Source: Candidatus Methanophagales archaeon
GTDB taxonomy: Archaea; Halobacteriota; Syntropharchaeia; Alkanophagales; Methanospirareceae
Assembly: GCA_024699715.1 (NCBI GenBank)
Contig: JANPRD010000002.1
Span: 219,372 to 283,371, forward strand
Reading direction: 5' to 3'
DNA length: 64,000 nt
Both the position numbers and the translations under genes were made by a program. Below the pieces are notes generated by a model, which saw nothing but the letters and a program-made list of their open reading frames with translations, was not told the DNA's origin and ran no database searches. Of the stretch, positions 51,370 through 60,739 are shown one piece after another. How positions within the stretch are numbered: position 1 is the stretch's first letter; each line of letters opens with the position of its first letter.

Positions 51370-51684
51370 CTATTTCAACTTCACCGCAGTGCCGTAAGCG
51401 AGGATTTCTGCAGCGCCCTGCATCACCATTGAAGTCATAAATCGCACATTAATGACCGCATCTGCTCCGAGTTCTTCAGCCTTCTGAATCATTCTTCGCA
51501 GTGCAATTTCCCTCGCTTCGCTCATCATTTCCGTGTATTCCTTTATTTCACCGCCTACGAGCTGACGGAATCCCGCAAGAATGTCCTTTCCGATGTGCTT
51601 CGCCCAGATTACATTCCCCTTCACAAGCCCAAGCACTTCAGAAATTTCCTTTCCAGGCACAAAATCCGTGCTTACAACAATCAT
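51370..51684 (-). CDS. YbjQ/UPF0145-family protein
   Basis: 104-aa ORF. GGEIKEYTEMMSEAREIALRRMIQKAEELGADAVINVRF is typical of the family. Confidence 0.8.
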   Translation of the reverse strand: MIVVSTDFVPGKEISEVLGLVKGNVIWAKHIGKDILAGFRQLVGGEIKEYTEMMSEAREIALRRMIQKAEELGADAVINVRFMTSMVMQGAAEILAYGTAVKLK

Positions 51685-51911
51685 GGTCGCAAATCCTCCT
51701 CTGAAAACTCCTCACGCATCCTCTTCCATTCGCAATACCGCTCATAAATCAGCACAGAAAAAATGAGAACGACACCGAGAACTATTGCGAATATGCTCAA
51801 AAATGCGAAAGCTGGCGAAAAAATGGAAAGTAAGGGTGTGAGTGCCACTCCCGCTGCTCCCGCAACGAAAATGAGAACGCCGAGCCACTTCAGCATGCTT
51901 AATGCTCCCAT
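51681..51911 (-). CDS. Small two-TM membrane protein
   Basis: Start moved to an internal Met (MGALSMLKWLGVLIFVAG...). ATGA overlap with the downstream ybjQ start. Confidence 0.4.
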   Translation of the reverse strand: MGALSMLKWLGVLIFVAGAAGVALTPLLSIFSPAFAFLSIFAIVLGVVLIFSVLIYERYCEWKRMREEFSEEDLRP

Positions 51912-52540
51912 GCCAGCACCACGACCTCCGTTTCTGCGGGAAGCGTGTCTTTTGAGAGAGAGAGCGTTGAGGCTTTGCGCACTTTCCAACCCCTTTTCTC
52001 CGCTTCTTTCAGGAATGCCTGCTCTGATGCGATGTTCAAGTTCAAAGGCGGTATTTTGAAGTGCATCGGAATCGCAACTTTCGGCGACAACTGCTCAACA
52101 ACTCTCGCAGCGTCGCCAGCGTCAACGGTGTAAGTGCCTCCAACAGGCACGAAAAGCACATCTACTCCATTAATCGCAGTGATTTGCTCCTCTTGAAGCA
52201 CATGCCCCAAATCGCCCAGGTGGCATAAACGGATGCCCTCAAGCTCAAATACAAAAACCGTGTTCTCGCCCCGCTCCGCACCCTTGCGAGTGTCGTGGAA
52301 TGTTCTTACGCCGAGAAATCGGATGCCCTTCACAAGATGCTCTCCCGCTCCTCTCACGACTTCTGCACCTTCTACCGCTGCGACATAATTGTGGTCGTAA
52401 TGCTCGTGGCTCACCGTCACGACATCCGCTCGGATGCTCGGCAGTCTCATGCCTATGCTCGGCTCGTAAGGGTCAGTAACGACAGTAGCCTCTTCGGCGG
52501 AAATCTCAAAACAGGCATGCCCATGCCATTTTATCTGCAT
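51899..52540 (-). CDS. Metallo-beta-lactamase-fold hydrolase (UPF0173-like)
   Basis: MQIKWHGHACFEI and VTVSHEHYDHN motifs. Start moved to the ATG at 52540. Confidence 0.75.
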   Translation of the reverse strand: MQIKWHGHACFEISAEEATVVTDPYEPSIGMRLPSIRADVVTVSHEHYDHNYVAAVEGAEVVRGAGEHLVKGIRFLGVRTFHDTRKGAERGENTVFVFELEGIRLCHLGDLGHVLQEEQITAINGVDVLFVPVGGTYTVDAGDAARVVEQLSPKVAIPMHFKIPPLNLNIASEQAFLKEAEKRGWKVRKASTLSLSKDTLPAETEVVVLAWEH

Positions 52541-52730
52541 ACGCTCACCCCAAATGTCCGCTTCCACTCGCTTCCTGTTAAACTTTTCGCACCTCCGCTC
52601 AAGCTCCGCTTTCGCACACGCCGACACACCCATCTCAAATCTGATAAACAAAATAATACCGAAAGTTTTTTATATAGCACATAATTAGAGCAAGGCGTCA
52701 GGGAATAAGAAGCAGGAGAGGAGGTGAAAA

Positions 52731-53366
52731 ATGCACATACCGGATGGTTTTCTGGACCTGTGGATATGCGCCCTCATGTATGTTATCTCGGCGGTGGTCA
52801 TCGGTTATTCGGCGGTGAAGCTGAAAGGGACGCTGGAGAGCAAGCAAGTTCCGCTGATTGGAGTGGTCGCTGCTGGCATATTCGCAGCGCAGATGTTGAA
52901 CTGGCCGATTCCAGGTGGGACTTCCGCACATCTCGTCGGTGGTGCGATTGCAGGAATCCTTCTCGGACCTTATGCGGGATGCCTTTCCATGGCTTCCGTC
53001 CTGACAATACAATGCTTGGTCTTCGGCGACGGCGGCATCACCGCACTCGGAGCAAATATATTCAACATGGGCATCGTTGATGTTTTCGTTGGCTACGCAG
53101 TTTTCAGGGCACTGCGAAATTTCAATCAAGATGCCGCAACATTCCTCGCAGGTTGGCTCGGAATATGGCTCGCCGCTATCGCTTGTGGCATAGAAATCGG
53201 TGTTTCCTCAATATTCAAATACGAAATCGGTGTAACAGTGCCTACAATGGGCATCTGGCACGGCATTCTCGGCATCGTTGAAGGCATCATCACCATGCTC
53301 GTCATCAGATACATCGCATTGAGGCAGCCTGATATAATTTATGCTGCGAAGGAGGTGGTTGCCTAA
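52731..53366 (+). CDS. cbiM: ECF transporter substrate-capture component CbiM (Co/Ni)
   Basis: The MHIPDGFL N-terminus and polytopic membrane profile are typical of CbiM. Confidence 0.85.
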   Translation: MHIPDGFLDLWICALMYVISAVVIGYSAVKLKGTLESKQVPLIGVVAAGIFAAQMLNWPIPGGTSAHLVGGAIAGILLGPYAGCLSMASVLTIQCLVFGDGGITALGANIFNMGIVDVFVGYAVFRALRNFNQDAATFLAGWLGIWLAAIACGIEIGVSSIFKYEIGVTVPTMGIWHGILGIVEGIITMLVIRYIALRQPDIIYAAKEVVA

Positions 53367-53659
53367 TGCTTGAAAGTCTGAAAGAGTGGAAAGGTGCGCT
53401 AATCGTCATCGGCATCCTCTTGCTGCTTACGCCGCTATTCGCATGGGCAGCAGACCTCGTCGGATATGCCGAACCGCTTGAGAATGCCGCTGAACATCTC
53501 GGAGCGATGGAACATGAAACCGCAATCATCTCAGGAATTCTGCCAGATTACACGATTCCCGGAGCGAATCCGTATGCATCTGCAATCGTCGCTGGGATTG
53601 TCGGCTGCGTAATTGTTCTCGTTATAGGCATCCTCGTAGGTAAAGCACTCGCAAGATAG
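53366..53659 (+). CDS. PDGLE-domain small membrane protein occupying the CbiN position
   Basis: 97 aa with two TM segments flanking GYAEPLENAAEHLG (PDGLE-like). Start overlaps the cbiM stop. Confidence 0.55.
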   Translation: MLESLKEWKGALIVIGILLLLTPLFAWAADLVGYAEPLENAAEHLGAMEHETAIISGILPDYTIPGANPYASAIVAGIVGCVIVLVIGILVGKALAR

Positions 53660-53672
53660 CTTTTCGGCTGAA

Positions 53673-54470
53673 ATGGCGGACTTCACAAGGACTCTCAGGG
53701 AAATCTCGGGACTCCTTCGGGACTTCTTGGCTGCTGAAGAATATGCATCACGAAAAGGCTTCCTGCAAGCAGTGAATCAGAAGGCGAAGCTGACGGGCAT
53801 TCTCCTCCTTATTGCTCTCGCAATATCCACGCAAAACCCTTTTTACCTTTTTTTCCTCCTCTTATTCTCGCTCTCTGTTGTTATTCTCTCAAAAATTCCG
53901 TTGAGGGCTTATCTTCCAAGATTCGGCTTCATTCCGCTATTCGCATTCATTATTGTCATCCCTTGGCTCTTCCTCACGGAAGGTGAGCCCGTATTCTCAC
54001 TTCTCGGTGTTGAAATAACGAAAGAAGGCATCATGTATGTGCTTACTTTTGGACTTCGTGTGACCGCATGTGTCGCCGCAATTTCTCTTCTTTTGTTCAC
54101 AACGAGGGTTTCCGACTTGCTTTACACTTTGCGTTCGCTGAAAATTCCTGAAATGTTCGTTGAAATTCTCGGCATTACTTACCGTTACCTGTTCTCGCTC
54201 CTTTCAGAACTGCAGAAGATGCTTCTCGGAAAAGAGAGCAGGGTCGTCTCGGCGAAAGGGAACTCTTGGCGGACAGGTGCTAAAATAGCGGCGAATTTCA
54301 TGCTGAGAACGCTCTCAAAGGGCGAGAAAGTGCATAAGGCGATGCTCGCAAGGGGATACAGCGGAAAATTTAAAACATATCCGAGAAATCAAGGATGGAA
54401 TGCAAACAGCAGTGCATTCGTCGCTATCGTCGCAGCGATGGTGGTTCTATGGCTTCTGACAAGATTATAG
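53673..54470 (+). CDS. cbiQ: ECF transporter transmembrane T component CbiQ
   Basis: 265-aa membrane ORF between cbiM and the ATPase; typical size and position. Confidence 0.75.
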   Translation: MADFTRTLREISGLLRDFLAAEEYASRKGFLQAVNQKAKLTGILLLIALAISTQNPFYLFFLLLFSLSVVILSKIPLRAYLPRFGFIPLFAFIIVIPWLFLTEGEPVFSLLGVEITKEGIMYVLTFGLRVTACVAAISLLLFTTRVSDLLYTLRSLKIPEMFVEILGITYRYLFSLLSELQKMLLGKESRVVSAKGNSWRTGAKIAANFMLRTLSKGEKVHKAMLARGYSGKFKTYPRNQGWNANSSAFVAIVAAMVVLWLLTRL

Positions 54471-55300
54471 AGGCGAGGAATTTGAAATATCGCTATCCTG
54501 ATGGGACAATAGGCGTTGAGAATGTTGATTTTGAGCTCTGGCGTGGCGAAAGGGTCGTTATTATAGGACCAAACGGCTCTGGAAAAAGCACACTGCTCCT
54601 GATTATTGGCGGCTTAATCTCACCAACAGAGGGCAGTATAAAATTTTTTGGCAAGGAAAAGATAGAGCCTTACGAGTTGAGGCGGAAGGTGGGCATCCTT
54701 CTTCAGAATCCTGACGATGTGCTTTTCAATCCGACGGTGAGAGAGGATTTGGAGTTCGGACCTGCGCAGATTGAGATGCCCGAAGAGGAGTTCAAGCAAA
54801 TTCTTCACGCTGTGACGCAAATGCTTCACATTGAACATCTCTTGGACAAGCCCCCTTTCAGACTCAGTGAAGGACAGAAGCAGAAAGCCGCTTTCGGATG
54901 CGTCCTCACGATGAAACCTGAGGTTCTGCTGCTTGACGAGCCTTTCTCCGCCGTTGATATTGAGACAAAACTTTCAATGATAAGGCATCTGAACGAATTG
55001 AACAGGCAAGGCGTAACAATTGTCGTGACTGCACACGACATTTCTGTTGTTCCGCTGATTGCAGACAGGGTTTATCTGCTTAACAAGCATGTCGTCGCAG
55101 TGGGAAAGACGAGAGAAATCCTGACGAATGTTGAACTGCTCCGCAAGAATGGGCTTGATGCCCCTCCATTTGTTGAATTCGCACTGAAACTCGGTTTGAA
55201 TCCTCTTCCGCTTACTGTTGATGAGGCGGTAAGAAGCGTTCGGAAATTGATTGAGAGCGGTGGGAAGGAAAAGGAAGAAGAAGCAAACGAAAGCGACTGA
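54449..55300 (+). CDS. cbiO: ECF transporter ATPase CbiO
   Basis: GPNGSGKST, LSEGQKQK and LLLDEP motifs. Start moved to MASDKIIEARNL. Confidence 0.85.
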   Translation: MASDKIIEARNLKYRYPDGTIGVENVDFELWRGERVVIIGPNGSGKSTLLLIIGGLISPTEGSIKFFGKEKIEPYELRRKVGILLQNPDDVLFNPTVREDLEFGPAQIEMPEEEFKQILHAVTQMLHIEHLLDKPPFRLSEGQKQKAAFGCVLTMKPEVLLLDEPFSAVDIETKLSMIRHLNELNRQGVTIVVTAHDISVVPLIADRVYLLNKHVVAVGKTREILTNVELLRKNGLDAPPFVEFALKLGLNPLPLTVDEAVRSVRKLIESGGKEKEEEANESD

Positions 55301-55515
55301 TTTATTTGCTTAACCGCCAGCTTAACCGCCACCGAAGCGGAAGAGCAAGGCGTATGCGAGCGAGGAGCGAGAGAAGGAAAAATGAACAGATTTATGTGAG
55401 CGGTGCAGAGATTAGAGAGGAGATGCCTGCCACAACCGTCAATGCTCCTTCCGCTGAGAAGCAAACGGGAAACAGCGGTTCGGAGAAGGGCAAAAAGAAG
55501 AAAGGAAGGGTCGGA

Positions 55516-56667
55516 ATGGAAGACTTCTGGATAGTTCCTTCGGATGAAATACTCGCAGGCAACACCACAGATGTTTATTTTCTGCGGACAGAGGAGGTTC
55601 TTCGCAAGAAGGGAATAAATCCGAGAGTTGTTGCGGAGGTAACCGCTTCTTCGCTTGAGCACGGCTGGGGCGTCCTCGCAGGCGTTTCAGATGTCGCAAC
55701 GCTCCTCGCAGGTAAGGATTTAGATGTGTATGCGATGCCAGAAGGCACGATATTTTTTGAAGATGAGCCTGTTCTTCGCATTGAAGGACGCTATTTGGAG
55801 TTTGCCCGCTTTGAGACGCCGATTCTCGGATTTCTCTGCCACGAATCTGGGATTGCAACGAAGGCAGCACGCATCAAAAAGAAAGCGGGAGATGTTCCTG
55901 TGATTTCATTCGGCACGAGAAGACAGCACCCCGCACTCGCAGCAGTGATTGAGAAATGCGCTTACATGGGCGGAATGGACGGCGTCAGCAATGTCGCAGG
56001 CGCATCTCGCATCGGCATTCAACCGATGGGGACGATGCCTCACTCGCTCATCATATGCTTCCGCTCGCAGCAGGACGCTTGGAAAGCTTTTGACGAAATT
56101 ATGCCTGAAGATGTGCCACGCATCTGCCTCTGCGACACTTACTACGACGAGAAGACAGAAGCGGTCATGGCAGCGGAGACGCTCAAGAGACTGAACGCAG
56201 TTCGCTTGGACACTCCTTCCTCAAGAAGAGGGAACTTCCGAAGAATTGTTGAGGAGGTTCGCTGGGAGCTTGACATCAGAGGCTTCAAAAATGTCGGAAT
56301 TTTCGTCAGCGGAGGCATAGACGAGGCGGAAATTGAGGAATTGCGAGACATTGTTTCGGGATTTGGCGTCGGAACAAGCGTGGCGAATGCGAAATGCATA
56401 GATTTTGCGCTTGATATTGTTGAGATTGAGGGCGAGCCGTGTGCGAAGCGAGGGAAAAAGGGTGGGAAGAAGCAGGTTTATCGTAAGAAGACGGAGAAGG
56501 GGTTTGAGGATTTCGTTGCAATTGAGGACTCAAAGCAGCATTTTGAAGGAGAGCCTCTGCTAAAACCGCTCATTCTCGGCGGAAAGATTGTTGAAGATTT
56601 TCCACTCTCGTTGGAATCTGCAAGGAAGAGGGTGCTGGAGCAGTTGAAAGTGGTTGAAATGGATTGA
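55516..56667 (+). CDS. Nicotinate phosphoribosyltransferase (archaeal type)
   Basis: GNTTDVYFLRT, FGTRRQHP, MPHSLII and GVGTS motifs. Start moved to ATG 55516; the upstream 70 codons are GA-rich low complexity. Confidence 0.75.
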   Translation: MEDFWIVPSDEILAGNTTDVYFLRTEEVLRKKGINPRVVAEVTASSLEHGWGVLAGVSDVATLLAGKDLDVYAMPEGTIFFEDEPVLRIEGRYLEFARFETPILGFLCHESGIATKAARIKKKAGDVPVISFGTRRQHPALAAVIEKCAYMGGMDGVSNVAGASRIGIQPMGTMPHSLIICFRSQQDAWKAFDEIMPEDVPRICLCDTYYDEKTEAVMAAETLKRLNAVRLDTPSSRRGNFRRIVEEVRWELDIRGFKNVGIFVSGGIDEAEIEELRDIVSGFGVGTSVANAKCIDFALDIVEIEGEPCAKRGKKGGKKQVYRKKTEKGFEDFVAIEDSKQHFEGEPLLKPLILGGKIVEDFPLSLESARKRVLEQLKVVEMD

Positions 56668-56837
56668 AATAGAAATAGAAGAGGGACGATAAAAATGAAA
56701 AATTGAAGGCTCTGCTCTGTTTTTATTGACTATGCAAGGCATTTGGCGGTAATGCAATATTGTGAAAACGGAGATTTGGAACAGGATGGCGGAGAAGTGG
56801 AGGAGTGAGAGATTTTGAGAGAAAGGAAATGAGGAAG

Positions 56838-57884
56838 ATGGGTTTTCATGACAGGGAAAGAGAAATAAAGGAGATAATGAACATCTTAAATACCGAGCCT
56901 ACTTTGATTACTTTCATATATGGTCCTATAAATTCAGGTAAAACCGAACTTATTAACCACTTAGCTAAGCAATTACCTGAGAATTATGTTGTATTCAATG
57001 TGAATTTGCGCGGTAAATTCATATCAGATTACAGAGATTTTGTGCGTGCTTTATTCAAAATAGAAAGAGAGAAGACATACAAAGACATAATCAGGAAAAT
57101 ATCCGAAGTTTCTGTGAAGGCATTGAACTTTGTAGGCATTCCAGTAACGGAGGATATATTGAATTTACTGTTTAAGGAGCGGACTTATGAGGATGTTTTT
57201 GAGTTTCTTGAGGATTATTTTATGAAAATAGGTGAGAATAAGAATTCCGTATTGATTTTGGATGAGTTACAGGTGATAAAGGATGTAAAAGTGGATGAAC
57301 TGCTGATATACAAGCTTTTTAATTTCTTCATTCGCCTGACGAAGGAGTTGCATTTGTGTCATGTGTTCGCAATAACATCTGATTCGCTCTTCGTTGAGCG
57401 CATTTACAAAGAGGCGATGTTGCAAGGGCGCTGTAGATACTTATTTGTGGATGATTTTGACTACGAAACGGCGATTGCCTTCTTGAATAAATATAAATTC
57501 GGAGAAAAGGAGAAGGAAATGGTATGGGAGTATGTGGGCGGTAAGCCCGTTTATTTGGTTGAGCTTGCGAATGCGAAAATGAATGGGAAGGACATAGAAG
57601 AGGAAGTGAAGAAGTTGTTGAAGATTAGAACGAATCAAATACTTTCAATATTTGACGAAATATCGCTTCGTAAGGTAGAATATTCAGAGGAGGCAATAAT
57701 AGAGGAATTCAAGAGATTTGAGAATGAGGAGATAATACAATATGATAGGATGAACAAGGAAAAAATATTTCTTGTTGAAAGGAACATTCTGTTCATTGAC
57801 CCGATACAAAGAACAGTAAAACCACAATCAAAATTGGACTTGCTTGCCATAAGGAATGTGTTGAAGTGCGAGAGGAAAAAGTGA
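56838..57884 (+). CDS. Archaeal ATPase-family (PF01637-like) P-loop protein
   Basis: FHDREREIKEI, Walker A GPINSGKT, Walker B VLILDELQ. AT-rich (20 GC in nt 57001-57060). Confidence 0.7.
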   Translation: MGFHDREREIKEIMNILNTEPTLITFIYGPINSGKTELINHLAKQLPENYVVFNVNLRGKFISDYRDFVRALFKIEREKTYKDIIRKISEVSVKALNFVGIPVTEDILNLLFKERTYEDVFEFLEDYFMKIGENKNSVLILDELQVIKDVKVDELLIYKLFNFFIRLTKELHLCHVFAITSDSLFVERIYKEAMLQGRCRYLFVDDFDYETAIAFLNKYKFGEKEKEMVWEYVGGKPVYLVELANAKMNGKDIEEEVKKLLKIRTNQILSIFDEISLRKVEYSEEAIIEEFKRFENEEIIQYDRMNKEKIFLVERNILFIDPIQRTVKPQSKLDLLAIRNVLKCERKK

Positions 57885-57983
57885 AAGAATTCTGCCCTTT
57901 CAGGCGTAGAAAGCACTCAAATGAGAAGAGAAATTAGAACAGGAAACAATTTTGATTTTGACTGCGGTATTGATCATGAGGGA

Positions 57984-58325
57984 TTAATCATGAGATATTA
58001 ATTCCAGGATTTCAACAATTCTCCGCCCAAAATCTGTGAGATAGTATATCAGGAATTTCCCTTTCCGCTCAAAATCTATCAAATTCGCATCTTTCAGCAG
58101 TTTCAGATGGTAAGAGAGCGCTGAGTATTGAATATTTGAGAGTTCAATGAGGACGCAAACGCACACACTCTCTTCCTTCAACACTCTTAATATCTTCAGA
58201 CGGAGCGGGTCGGAAAGCGCCTTGAATATTGAAGCCTCCTGCGACACATCTTTGCTGAAAATCCTTCTCAGTTTCTCCAGCGTCTCCGCAGGAATCTCGT
58301 ATGATGGCGGAATTTCTGACGGCAT
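57984..58325 (-). CDS. ArsR/SmtB-family transcriptional regulator
   Basis: LSDPLRLKILRVLKEESVCVCVLIELSNIQYSALSYHLKLLKDANLI. Confidence 0.8.
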   Translation of the reverse strand: MPSEIPPSYEIPAETLEKLRRIFSKDVSQEASIFKALSDPLRLKILRVLKEESVCVCVLIELSNIQYSALSYHLKLLKDANLIDFERKGKFLIYYLTDFGRRIVEILELISHD

Positions 58326-58563
58326 TTTTCATTCATTATGCAAGGAAACTTTCAATTTTAGGGGAGAGGTGGAGAAAGAGCAGCATAATCGGCATTTGAA
58401 GCAGAGGTGCGACAGCAGCGGGCAAGACAGCGAGCGTTCCGTGGAATGCGGTGACTGCAATGCCGATGGCGTGGTTCCTCCTCTACCTCTTCCTTCCTCG
58501 CTTCTCCACGCTTTTGCCCCTCACTTTTGGGCGTTCTCGTGTTCTACTGCTCTTTCCCTGCGT

Positions 58564-59412
58564 TCATATCGGCAGTTTTATTCCAAGACCCGCCTCAATC
58601 ATTTTCCAGCCCATGTAGAGCATCACTATAATGAACACATACCTGAGCTGCTTTGCTGGCAATTTATGTGCAGTTTTGGCGCCTACTTGAGCCATTAATA
58701 CGCTTGTTGAAGCGAGAAGTAGCCAAGATTCAAGATTCCAGTAGCCAATTAGATGTCCTATTTCCGATACGGAGGGCATTCCAGCTCTCAACCCGTTATA
58801 GATGTAGCCGAGCAGTCCGCCAATTGATGTGAAAATCATCAAAGCGGTGGAAGTGCCGACTGCGAGATGTATTCCGAATGAAAGAGCAACGACCATCACA
58901 GGAACCATGAGGACACCGCCGCCGATGCCGATGATGCCTGTGACGATGCCGAGCGGGAAGCCCCACGCCGCCCAAACAAGCGGATTCTCAACGGGCTTCT
59001 TCCCTGTCTCTTCAGGTGGCTTCGCAGTGAGCATTCTGACCGCACCCAGAATGATTGCGCAGCCGAAGGCGATGCTTAAATACTTTCCGGGCGTTATTGA
59101 TGCGATTGTTGAGCCTATTACCGCGCCTATTGCACCTGTTATGCCGAGAACTACCGCCGCTTTCCACATTACCGCACCTTTCTTTGAGTGTCTGTAAGCA
59201 CCACTCATAGCAGTAGGAAGAACAACAGCGAGATTCGTGCCGAAAGCAACCTTGACCGCCGTGTTCAAGTCCATTCCCATCGCCGTATATACCCATACCT
59301 GAACAGGAATCATGATGAAGCAGCCGCCGACGCCGAGAAGACCGCTTGCGAAGCCCACGCCGAGTCCCGCCAAGAGCAGAACAACCGCAGCTGTCAAAAA
59401 ATTGATTGGCAT
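58564..59412 (-). CDS. TauE/SafE-family (DUF81) anion exporter membrane protein
   Basis: 282-aa polytopic ORF with a two-fold internal repeat of G-rich helices (GLLGVGGCFIMIP / GIIGIGGGVLMVP). Confidence 0.75.
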   Translation of the reverse strand: MPINFLTAAVVLLLAGLGVGFASGLLGVGGCFIMIPVQVWVYTAMGMDLNTAVKVAFGTNLAVVLPTAMSGAYRHSKKGAVMWKAAVVLGITGAIGAVIGSTIASITPGKYLSIAFGCAIILGAVRMLTAKPPEETGKKPVENPLVWAAWGFPLGIVTGIIGIGGGVLMVPVMVVALSFGIHLAVGTSTALMIFTSIGGLLGYIYNGLRAGMPSVSEIGHLIGYWNLESWLLLASTSVLMAQVGAKTAHKLPAKQLRYVFIIVMLYMGWKMIEAGLGIKLPI

Positions 59413-59581
59413 TCGCTCACCTCCCTCTCACACCTCTTACTCCGCTCCGCTCACCCCTCACGCTCCCACGCCGCTCACGCCTTTCACACAGACACCGAGA
59501 CACATAATTTCAAAAATTTTTGAAATATATAAAAAGGCTTTCGTTTTCTCATTTCTTTCAGCTAAAAAGGAAGCGGGAAGA

Positions 59582-60739
59582 TCAGAGCAGATTGTAAAGC
59601 GTGTCTCGCCTGCGAGGTTTTCTACCTGCGTCTTCAATCAGCCTTTCAAGCGCATCAGGCGGCATGTATTCGCCTGAAGAAGCGCCTGCGAGCCTTGAAA
59701 TGTTCTCCTCCATTAGTGTTCCTCCCAAATCATTTGCACCGAAGAAAAGCATCTGCTGCGCACCGAAGGGCGTCAATTTCACCCATGATGCCTGTATATT
59801 CTTGCAATAAGGATGCAAAATCACCCTTGCGAGAGCATGAACAACCGCATCTTCAAACAGATTCACTTCCCTTTTCACAATTTTACCGAGTTCATTGTTC
59901 CCTCTCATGAATTTAAGAGGGACAAATTCCGTAAATCCACCTGTCTCTTTCTGTATTTCCCTTATTTTGAACATATGTTCTATCCTATCCTCAATACTTT
60001 CAATATGACCATACATTATTGTTGCGGTAGTGGGTATTTTCAAGCGATGAGCCGTCTTTATGATGCTTTCCCACTCTTTTGTTCGCAACTTCTTCGGGCA
60101 TATTACCCTTCTTATATCGTCATTCAGTATTTCTGCTGCTGTTCCGGGCATTGAATCCAGACCTGATGCCCTCAATTCCCTCAAAACTTCCTCACAACTC
60201 ATGCCAGAGTTGCGTGCAATATGGAAAATTTCCATCGGCGAGAATGCGTGAATATGCACATCAAATTCGGACTTTATCCGTTCAAGCATTTCACAGTAGA
60301 AATCTATCTTTAAGTCGGGATGAAGACCTCCTTGAATGCATATTTCCGTCGCTTCAAGCGAAACAGCCTCCTGAACTTTGCTCAAAATCTCTTCAATTCG
60401 CAGTAAATATGCATCATTTGAGTGCTTTCTACGCCTGAAAGCGCAGAATTTGCATTCTCCAACGCATATATTCGTGAAATTTATGTTCCTGTTCACGACA
60501 TAAGTAACGATTTCACCTTTCTCTTGCTCACGAAGAGCATCTGCAATTTTGAAAAGGATGTGCGGGTGCCTCGCAAGGAAAAGAGCGTCCTCCTTTCCGA
60601 TTTCGCCTCGCAGAGCCTTCTCATAGATTTCCATTCCCTTCGCCTCTTTCGCAGCCTCTTTCAGCGTAAGTGTCGTGTCAGCGGTTGCGGGTCTGCCACT
60701 TCCTACTGCGTTTGCTTGTGTGTTTGTTCGTGTGTTCAT
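59582..60739 (-). CDS. cofH: CofH/MqnC/MqnE-family radical SAM enzyme (probably FO synthase subunit CofH)
   Basis: VNRNINFTNICVGECKFCAFRR, PGTAAEIL and GANDLGGTLMEENISRLAGA. CofH versus futalosine-pathway paralogues cannot be separated by eye. Confidence 0.55.
   Translation of the reverse strand: MNTRTNTQANAVGSGRPATADTTLTLKEAAKEAKGMEIYEKALRGEIGKEDALFLARHPHILFKIADALREQEKGEIVTYVVNRNINFTNICVGECKFCAFRRRKHSNDAYLLRIEEILSKVQEAVSLEATEICIQGGLHPDLKIDFYCEMLERIKSEFDVHIHAFSPMEIFHIARNSGMSCEEVLRELRASGLDSMPGTAAEILNDDIRRVICPKKLRTKEWESIIKTAHRLKIPTTATIMYGHIESIEDRIEHMFKIREIQKETGGFTEFVPLKFMRGNNELGKIVKREVNLFEDAVVHALARVILHPYCKNIQASWVKLTPFGAQQMLFFGANDLGGTLMEENISRLAGASSGEYMPPDALERLIEDAGRKPRRRDTLYNLL

Noticed and set aside
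55306-55515. 70-codon N-terminal extension of the NAPRT ORF (and similar extensions at 7504-7584, 52541-52651, 61801-61881)
   Set aside because: The extensions are Arg/Glu/Lys low-complexity sequence encoded by the polypurine leader. The conserved protein begins at an internal ATG, so the starts were moved.
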